Shown here: piece after piece, positions 57,463-64,000 of the stretch
How positions within the stretch are numbered: the first letter of the stretch is position 1
Layout: each line of letters opens with the position of its first letter
DNA from: Pirellulales bacterium
Lineage (GTDB): Bacteria > Planctomycetota > Planctomycetia > Pirellulales > JAICIG01
Reading direction: 5' to 3'
Assembly (NCBI GenBank): GCA_040901675.1
Contig: JBBDYJ010000015.1
Span: 1 to 64,000 of the forward strand
Length of the DNA stretch: 64,000 bases
The notes under the pieces: model-generated
What the model saw: only the letters and a program-made list of their open reading frames with translations
Told to the model about the DNA's origin: nothing
The model's database searches: none
Translations under genes and position numbers: made by a program

Positions 57463-58770
57463 TCAGTCTCGAATCCGCATCCGGGCGCTGCCGGGGCGCA
57501 CACACAGCAGCCGGTTGATCTCGTCCAAGGCCGCGGTGGTGGCTCCCTCGCTGGTGCGGTGCGTGATGATCACCAGCGGCACGATGGCCGCCTCGGCCGA
57601 CGGCGGCTCGTGCTGGATCACCGAGGCGATCGAAATGCCGTTGCGGCCCAGCGCGCCGGTGATGGCCGCCATGACCCCCGGCCGGTCCTCGACGTTGAAC
57701 CGCAGGTAGAACCGGCCGCAGACGTTGGCATATTGGCGTGCGGCCACGCGGGCCTCGCGCTGCGACCAAAGCTCCAGGGTGCGGAAAGTAATGGCGGTGC
57801 GGCCCACCACCGTGTCGATGAGGTCGGCGACCACGGCGGAGGCGGTGGGCATCTGGCCGGCGCCCAGGCCGTGGAAGAACACGCGTCCGACGGCATCGCC
57901 GACGACGGCGATGGCGTTGTAGGCTCCGCGGACTTCGGCCAAGGGCGTGCCGATTTTGACCAGCGTGGGCCAGACGTGCAGTTCCAGTCCTTCGTCCACC
58001 AGGTCGGCCGCGGCCAGGAGCTTGATGCGGTAGCCCAGCTCCCTCGCGTAGCGGAGATCGGCGGGGTCGAGGGTGTCGATCCCGCGGCGAGGGATCTCGC
58101 TCCAGTGCACCCGCGCACCGAAGGCCAGGTGCGCCAGGATAGCCAGCTTCTGGGCCGAATCGGTGCCGTCGACGTCCATGCTGGGGTCGGCCTCGGCGTA
58201 ACCCAGCCGCTGCGCCTCGGCCACCGCGGCGGCGTAGTCGACGCCTTCTTCTTCCATCCGGGTCAGGATGAAATTGCTGGTGCCGTTCAGGATGGCGGTC
58301 AGCGACTCGATCTGGTTGGCCGACAGGCACTGGCTGATGTTGGCGATGATCGGGATGCCGCCGGCCACCGAGGCCTCGAAGGCGATCGAGCGGCCCAGCT
58401 CGCGGGCCAGGTCGAACAGCTCGGGCCCATGCTCGGCGAGCAAGGCCTTGTTGGCGGTCACGACGTCCTTGCCGCTTTCGAGCAGGGCCACCATGATCGA
58501 CCGGGCGGGCTCCAGGCCTCCCACCAGGTGCGCCACGGCCTTGATTTCGGGGTCACCGGTGATCCGCTTCAGGTCGCTGGTGAGGATGCCAGCGGGCAGG
58601 GTGCAGTCGCGAGACTTGTTCGTGTCGCGGACGACCACCTGCTGGAGCCACAAGGTGCGGCCGGCGTGCCGCGCGGTCCGGTCGCCGTAGTCGAGCAGCA
58701 GGCGTGCAACTCCGGACCCGACCGTTCCCAGCCCGACGATGCCGACTTTTGTCTTTTCCAATTGGGTCAT
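57463..58770 (-). CDS. hom: Homoserine dehydrogenase with ACT domain
   Basis: GLGTVGSG, VVTANKA, FEASVAGGIP, NGTSNFIL, GYAEADP, GAGQMPTASAV. Confidence 0.96.
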   Translation of the reverse strand: MTQLEKTKVGIVGLGTVGSGVARLLLDYGDRTARHAGRTLWLQQVVVRDTNKSRDCTLPAGILTSDLKRITGDPEIKAVAHLVGGLEPARSIMVALLESGKDVVTANKALLAEHGPELFDLARELGRSIAFEASVAGGIPIIANISQCLSANQIESLTAILNGTSNFILTRMEEEGVDYAAAVAEAQRLGYAEADPSMDVDGTDSAQKLAILAHLAFGARVHWSEIPRRGIDTLDPADLRYARELGYRIKLLAAADLVDEGLELHVWPTLVKIGTPLAEVRGAYNAIAVVGDAVGRVFFHGLGAGQMPTASAVVADLIDTVVGRTAITFRTLELWSQREARVAARQYANVCGRFYLRFNVEDRPGVMAAITGALGRNGISIASVIQHEPPSAEAAIVPLVIITHRTSEGATTAALDEINRLLCVRPGSARMRIRD

Positions 58771-58926
58771 TTGTCATTGGTCATTGGTCATTGGTTCCGC
58801 CGAAGGCGGACTTTCTGCACGGTCATTGGTCATTGGTCATTGGTCATTTGTCATTGGTCATTGGTCATTGGTCATTGGTCATTGGTCATTGGTCATTGGT
58901 CATTGGTTTCGCCGGAGGCGGACTTT
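58766..58926. repeat. (GGTCATT/TGTCATT)n heptamer arrays with two CGCCG(A/G)AGGCGGACTTTC units
   Basis: Long tandem 7-mer runs directly upstream of, and including, the hom start codon. Confidence 0.9.
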
Positions 58927-59257
58927 CAGCTAGCGCCTCATCGCCCTGTTTCCTCTGCATCTCAAGGAAGAGAGCCGAACCAACGCGAAACCGGTCATCG
59001 TAGGTCGGTTTGGCGTGGCTCGTCAAGGCGGCCGACCGTCCCAGAACCGCCGGGCGCGGCGGCTCCAGTGGAAGTGTTGCACCCGGTTTGGCAGGGTTGC
59101 GGGCGGGAGCCTGCCGGCGGCCGTATTTGCTTGAAGGCCTTCGAGTTGCGGCGAGCGGTTGGAACTTATTTGCGGCCGCTTGCAGTTGCCAAGCGTGAGC
59201 TATGCTTTTTCAGCACATGTTGCACCCACGCCTCTGATTAATGCCAGTTTGCAGACC

Positions 59258-60583
59258 ATGGTCAAGAGCTTACCAACGACAGCCCGCCCCGGCGACAAGA
59301 CTCAGGAATCGGACTTCGAGGACCTGAAGCGCCGGATCCACAGCAAGCTTGTCGACAAGCTCGACATGACCAAGGTCGGCGACCTGGAAGGGGACGTGCT
59401 GCGGCGCGAGATCCGCCTGGTCGTCGAGCACCTGAGCGACGCCGAGGACACGCTGCTCAACCGCAGCGAGCGCGAACGGCTGGTCGACGAGGTGCTGGAC
59501 GAGACCTTCGGCCTGGGCCCGCTGGAGCTGCTGCTGAAGGACTCGACGATCAGCGACATCCTGATCAACGGCCCCAGGAACATCTACGTCGAGCGCCGCG
59601 GCAAGATGGAAAAGACCAACGTGGTGTTCCGCGACAACGCGCACCTGATGCAGATCATCGACCGCATCGTGTCGCGGGTGGGACGCCGCGTGGACGAAGT
59701 CTGCCCGATGGTCGACGCCCGCTTGCCGGACGGGTCGCGCGTGAACGCGATCATCCCGCCGCTGGCCCTGGACGGGGCCTGTGTCTCGATTCGCCGTTTC
59801 GGCTCGAATCCGCTCAAGCTGGAGGACTTGCTCAACTTCAAGGCCTTCACGCCCGAGATGGTGATGCTGCTGGAAGGCTCGATCAAGGCCCGCTTGAACA
59901 TGATCATCTCCGGCGGCACGGGCTCCGGCAAGACGACGCTGCTGAACACGCTTTCCAGCTTCATATCGAACCACGACCGCATCGTGACGATCGAGGACGC
60001 CGCCGAATTGCAGCTCCAGCAGGACCACGTGGTCCGACTGGAGACCCGGCCGCCCAACATCGAGGGTAAAGGCGCGATCACCGCCACCGACCTGGTCCGC
60101 AACGCCCTGCGTATGCGGCCCGAACGCATTATCATCGGCGAGTGCCGCGGACCGGAAACACTCGACATGCTGCAAGCCATGAACACCGGTCACGAGGGTT
60201 CGTTGACCACGCTGCACGCCAACACGCCGCGCGACGCCCTGGCCCGCATCGAGACCATGATCGCCATGGCCGGCTTCGAGCTGCCGCTCAAGGCCATGCG
60301 GCAGCAGGTTGCCAGCGGCGTGGACCTGATCATCCAGGCCAACCGCCTGCAGGGCGGCCCCCGCAAAATCACGCACATTACCGAGGTCCTCGGGATGGAG
60401 CAGGAAACGATCGTCATGCAGGACATTTATCACTACGTGCAGGACGGCATCGACGAGAAGGGCCGGGCCTACGGCAAGTTCGAGGCCACGGGAATTCGGC
60501 CCAGCTTCATGGACCGGCTGGAATCGGCGGGCGTGCGCCTGCCGGCCAGCGCCTTCCGACAACGTGTCATGCTGGTGGACTAA
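59258..60583 (+). CDS. cpaF: Tad/Flp pilus assembly ATPase CpaF/TadA
   Basis: [57 protein letters not shown]. Confidence 0.95.
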   Translation: MVKSLPTTARPGDKTQESDFEDLKRRIHSKLVDKLDMTKVGDLEGDVLRREIRLVVEHLSDAEDTLLNRSERERLVDEVLDETFGLGPLELLLKDSTISDILINGPRNIYVERRGKMEKTNVVFRDNAHLMQIIDRIVSRVGRRVDEVCPMVDARLPDGSRVNAIIPPLALDGACVSIRRFGSNPLKLEDLLNFKAFTPEMVMLLEGSIKARLNMIISGGTGSGKTTLLNTLSSFISNHDRIVTIEDAAELQLQQDHVVRLETRPPNIEGKGAITATDLVRNALRMRPERIIIGECRGPETLDMLQAMNTGHEGSLTTLHANTPRDALARIETMIAMAGFELPLKAMRQQVASGVDLIIQANRLQGGPRKITHITEVLGMEQETIVMQDIYHYVQDGIDEKGRAYGKFEATGIRPSFMDRLESAGVRLPASAFRQRVMLVD

Positions 60584-60585
60584 CT

Positions 60586-61551
60586 ATGAACCCCCTGTTT
60601 ATTTCGATTGCCGCGTTCGTGGCCGTGGCCGCCCTGGTGGGGGCGGTGGCGATGTTCCTCCGCGACCGCTCCGGCACCAAGATCGAGGACCGGCTCGACG
60701 TGTTGACGGGGCTGAGCGGCTCGTCGGCCAAGGAGTCGGGGCTCAAGAACACGGTGCTTTCGCACCCGCTGGATGCCGTCCCCGGCGTATTCGAGGGGAT
60801 CGTGTCCCGCATCGAGCGCCTCAAACTCCTCTTCGACCAGGCCGATACCTCGTTGACGGCGCCCAAGTTCTTCGCCATTTCCGCGGCGCTCTGCGGCGTG
60901 GGCATGGCGGTGGGGACGTACGCCGGATTCGGCGTGGCCCTGTTGCCGTTGCTGGGACTTGCCATGGGTTCTCTGCCGCTGTTGTGGCTGATCTGGCGGC
61001 GGCGCAAGCGGCTCAAGGCTTTTCAGTCGCAGCTCCCCGACGCACTGGAGCTGATCTCCCGGGCGCTGCGGGCCGGACATAGCCTGGCGGCCGGATTCAG
61101 CCTGGTCCAGGAGGAAATGCCCGATCCGATCGGAGTGGAGTTCGGCCGCGTGTTCGAAGAGCAAAACCTGGGCATTCCCATGGAAGAGGCGCTGACGTCG
61201 CTGGCCGACCGGGTGCCCAACCTCGACCTGCGGTTCTTTTCGACCGCCGTGATCCTGCAGCGACAGACGGGCGGCGACCTGGCCGAAATCCTGGACAAGA
61301 TCGGCTACCTGGTCCGCGAACGGTTCAAGATCTGGGGCCAGATCCAGGCCCTTACCGGCGAAGGCCGGCTGTCGGGCGTGGTGCTGCTGGCCCTGCCGCC
61401 CGTGCTGTTCATCGCCGTGTACCGGCTCAACCCGGAATACATCATGATGCTGTTCACCGACCCGATGGGAAAACAAATGCTCGCCGGCGCCATTGTGCTG
61501 CAGTTGCTGGGAGCCGTGTGCATCAAGAAAATCATTAACATTAAGGTTTAA
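60586..61551 (+). CDS. tadB: Tad pilus inner-membrane protein TadB
   Basis: FQSQLPDALELISRALRAGHS, QRQTGGDLAEIL, ALTGEGRLS. Confidence 0.92.
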   Translation: MNPLFISIAAFVAVAALVGAVAMFLRDRSGTKIEDRLDVLTGLSGSSAKESGLKNTVLSHPLDAVPGVFEGIVSRIERLKLLFDQADTSLTAPKFFAISAALCGVGMAVGTYAGFGVALLPLLGLAMGSLPLLWLIWRRRKRLKAFQSQLPDALELISRALRAGHSLAAGFSLVQEEMPDPIGVEFGRVFEEQNLGIPMEEALTSLADRVPNLDLRFFSTAVILQRQTGGDLAEILDKIGYLVRERFKIWGQIQALTGEGRLSGVVLLALPPVLFIAVYRLNPEYIMMLFTDPMGKQMLAGAIVLQLLGAVCIKKIINIKV

Positions 61552-61558
61552 GCGTTCC

Positions 61559-62539
61559 GTGATCCTCGCAGACCTGATCAATTTCGAGCAAATCGTCCCC
61601 TTCGCCGTCTTCGGCCTGTTCGCGGCCGCCGCCTGGTGGCTGCTGGACCGCATGGCCGCGGGAAAACCGCGGGCCGTGGAACGCCTCGACGAAATCAAGA
61701 ATCCCGCCCTGCGCCGCCGCAAGAGCGACGACGAAGGCAGCCTGGTGAAGAAGTCGGACGCCATGACCCGCGTCCTGGCCAAGGCTGCTCCGGGCCTGGC
61801 CAAGCCGCTGGCCCCCAAGAACGAGCTGGAAGCCAGCAAGCTCAAGCTGAAGCTGGCCAACGCCGGCTTCCGAAACGAGGCGGCGCCTTCGATCTTCCTC
61901 GGTTTAAAGTTCTCCGGCTTGCTGGCCGGCTTGTTCTTCAGCGGCGTCACCGTGGCCGCCATCTCCCAGTTCGATCAGCAGTCGCTGATGACCATCGTGC
62001 TCACGACCGGCTTCCTCTTCTACCTGCCCGAAATGGTGTTGATGTACATCAGCAAAAAGCGCAAGGAGAGCATCTTCCTCGGCTTGCCCGACGCACTCGA
62101 CTTGATGGTGGTTTGCGTCGAGGCCGGGCTCGGTCTGGACCAGGCCATGCGCAAGGTGTCCGAGGAGATGAAGCGGACCTATAAAGTCATCGCCGAGGAG
62201 TTCGGACTGGCCAACTTCCAGTTGCAGGTCGGACGGGCCAAGGCCGACGTGCTCCACGAACTGGGCATCCGCAGCGGCGTCGACGACCTGCGGAGCCTGG
62301 CCGCCATCCTGATCCAGGCCGACAAGTTCGGCTCCAGCGTGGCCCAGGCCTTGCGGGTCCAAAGCGATTCCATGCGGACCCGCCGGCGCCAACTGGCCGA
62401 GGAAAAGGCCGCCAAGACGGCCGTCAAGCTGATCTTCCCGCTGGTGATCTTCATCTTTCCCGGCATTTTCGTGGTCCTGGTCGGCCCGGCCGCCATTACC
62501 ATGGTCCGCGACATGTTCCCGGTCATGGGTGGCGGTTGA
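61559..62539 (+). CDS. tadC: Tad pilus inner-membrane protein TadC
   Basis: LPDALDLMVVCVEAGLGLDQA, AEEKAAKTAVKLIFPLVIFIFP; GTG start. Confidence 0.92.
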   Translation: MILADLINFEQIVPFAVFGLFAAAAWWLLDRMAAGKPRAVERLDEIKNPALRRRKSDDEGSLVKKSDAMTRVLAKAAPGLAKPLAPKNELEASKLKLKLANAGFRNEAAPSIFLGLKFSGLLAGLFFSGVTVAAISQFDQQSLMTIVLTTGFLFYLPEMVLMYISKKRKESIFLGLPDALDLMVVCVEAGLGLDQAMRKVSEEMKRTYKVIAEEFGLANFQLQVGRAKADVLHELGIRSGVDDLRSLAAILIQADKFGSSVAQALRVQSDSMRTRRRQLAEEKAAKTAVKLIFPLVIFIFPGIFVVLVGPAAITMVRDMFPVMGGG

Positions 62540-62727
62540 TCCGGTTACGAGATTCGGGCTGGCTGCGGGGCAAACGACCGCATTTGCGCGCCCGATCGGC
62601 CGATAATCCCTGTAGCCGGCCGGTTCATTTCGGTTGCGCGCATTCGGGCGGATCCCGGCCTGCCTGAATCGGCTGCCACCGCGCCGTCAGCCTGAAAACC
62701 TCACCCTCCAGGATGGGAGACTGCACC

Positions 62728-63264
62728 ATGCAGCGTTACCACGTGGCCCTGGCCGCCTTGTTGTCGCTGGCCGTCGTCGGCCAGACGGCCCAAGCCGCCA
62801 ATCTGTTCAAGACCTTCACCCGCGACTTCCGACGCAACAACTGCTGGCCGGAGCCGTTCACGCAGCCCGACCGGATCGCCGTTCGCGCCCCCTTGGCACT
62901 CATGGTTCACAACGGATGGCGTTTGCAGAATACGTTGAGCGACCACCACTTCAACCAGGAAACGGCCCAGCTTAACGAGGCGGGCGAATTGAAGGTGCAG
63001 GAGGTTCTCACCGAGGCTCCCGCCCAGTTCCGCACGCTGTTCGTGCTGCGGGATGTCGATCCCAAAGTGACCGCCAATCGACTCAAGTCGGTGGAAGAAA
63101 GCGCCGGACGGCTGGCCATCGACGGCGAGAGCCCGAGCGTGATCCCCGTCGGCACGAAGCCCCGCGGCTGGTCCGCCGACGACATCGACGCCACCGGCCG
63201 CAAGTACCGGGCCAGCATGCCCGAACCGCGGCTGCCCGAGCGTGCCGGCGGGTCGGAAAAGTAG
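62728..63264 (+). CDS. Exported hypothetical protein
   Basis: Signal peptide ending AQA, RNNCWPEPF, NGWRLQNTLSDHHF; GGGAG RBS. Confidence 0.82.
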   Translation: MQRYHVALAALLSLAVVGQTAQAANLFKTFTRDFRRNNCWPEPFTQPDRIAVRAPLALMVHNGWRLQNTLSDHHFNQETAQLNEAGELKVQEVLTEAPAQFRTLFVLRDVDPKVTANRLKSVEESAGRLAIDGESPSVIPVGTKPRGWSADDIDATGRKYRASMPEPRLPERAGGSEK

Positions 63265-63324
63265 GCCCGCAAGACCGCCCTGCGGCCGTTTTCGGCCTCG
63301 ATCGAACACGGCCTGACACAACTC

Positions 63325-63376
63325 CTCTTGGCCGAGGGAACCGGCACCGCCGGGATACCACGGCCAAGAGGTTTTT
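63325..63376 (+). terminator. Probable intrinsic terminator
   Basis: CCTCTTGGCCG...CGGCCAAGAGG followed by TTTTT; large loop. Confidence 0.5.
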
Positions 63377-63384
63377 CTTGCGCC

Positions 63385-63474
63385 CGCGTCGGGTTAGTAT
63401 CCCACCTGGTTCCCTCGCTTGCGCGTCGGGTTAGTATCCCACCTGGTTCCCTCGCTTGCGCGTCGGGTTAGTAT
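63385..63474. repeat. 37-bp tandem repeat (about 2.4 copies) containing a CCCTCGCTTGCGCGTCGGG REP-like hairpin
   Basis: CGCGTCGGGTTAGTATCCCACCTGGTTCCCTCGCTTG at 63385 and 63422, partial at 63459. Confidence 0.85.
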
Positions 63475-63652
63475 TCCACGCGCAAAGCGTGTCTTTTCGA
63501 CCGTCAAATTCTTCGGAATCTTCCCCACTTCGCATGCAGCCTGCCAGCACCGCCGGCCGATGATTACGGCTGACCCAGGACAGACGTTCAGAAGCAGGTC
63601 GCGCACTGCCGTGCCGGCGGTCGACGGCGAGGCTTTCAAGGGAGGTACGCAG

Positions 63653-64000
63653 GTGGGCAAATTGCTGGTCAAACGGCTGGCTCTGGCCGGCCTTCTCAGC
63701 GTGGGACTGGCCGCCACGGGTTGTGCAAGCGGGTCTTCGCTGGCCTCGAATAGTCGCCCGCGACCATCGGCAATCGCATCGGGCAAGTCCGTTCCCGGCC
63801 GATCGCTGGCCTCGGCGCCACGAGTCGCCGGCCCGAACGCTCAGGGCCTCAACACGTCCGAACCGGGGGCGGCCAGCAAGCTGGCTTCGACGGTCAAGAA
63901 CTCGAGCATCGGCAAGAGCATGACCTCGGCCTACAGCAAGACCAGGAAAAAGGCGTCGTCGCTGGCCAAGAGGCCGAACGAGCCGCCCGCCGACCCGATC
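63653..64000 (+). CDS. Lipoprotein, N-terminal part (runs off the window)
   Basis: GGGAGG RBS, GTG start, MGKLLVKRLALAGLLSVGLAATGC lipobox, frame open to 64000; absent from the ORF track. Confidence 0.75.
   Translation, partial: MGKLLVKRLALAGLLSVGLAATGCASGSSLASNSRPRPSAIASGKSVPGRSLASAPRVAGPNAQGLNTSEPGAASKLASTVKNSSIGKSMTSAYSKTRKKASSLAKRPNEPPADPI

Noticed and set aside
59159..59175. Sigma54 site upstream of cpaF (TGGAACTTATTTGC)
   Set aside because: GG-to-GC spacing is 9, not the required 10
63385..63474. Possible CRISPR array (37-bp period)
   Set aside because: Units are contiguous and identical with no unique spacers; simple tandem duplication

Overview
GC-rich bacterial chromosomal window. 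Gene content and protein styles (RRFQFSL-type N-termini, LRR proteins, DUF1080, ValRS insertions, dense REP-like repeats) suggest a planctomycete, probably Pirellulales-like; this is inference. Most of it is housekeeping: a TetR-HlyD-ABC (YbiH/YbhGFSR-like) efflux locus; a long minus-strand run (purA, uppS, cdsA, phoH, 7TM-HD, ybeY, recO, bamD, lptE, folP, proA, fliM); nfo, a GNAT, an M16 peptidase pair, a NagB-like/PIG-L pair, lpdA-aceE-aceF, truB, ftsK, cimA, valS, DUF151, hom-apgM-lysC and tadA/B/C. I recognised no rRNA, tRNA, CRISPR array, integrase or transposase. Most interesting signals: (1) a ~6.3 kb five-gene glycosylation island (23733-30027) with a polypeptide-GalNAc-transferase (GT27)-like enzyme fused through a Pro/Ser/Thr linker to a lower-GC, Cys-rich DUF1080 domain, an exported LRR protein, a fungal Mnn2-like (GT71) mannosyltransferase with a small N-terminal docking-like domain, a SAM methyltransferase and a GT2; (2) a complete Val/Ile leader-peptide attenuator upstream of cimA; (3) an orphan FliM with no CheY-binding peptide; (4) back-to-back sigma54 promoters; (5) many distinct REP-like and heptamer repeat families, one translated inside lptE. 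All family calls come from motif recognition by eye, not database searches.
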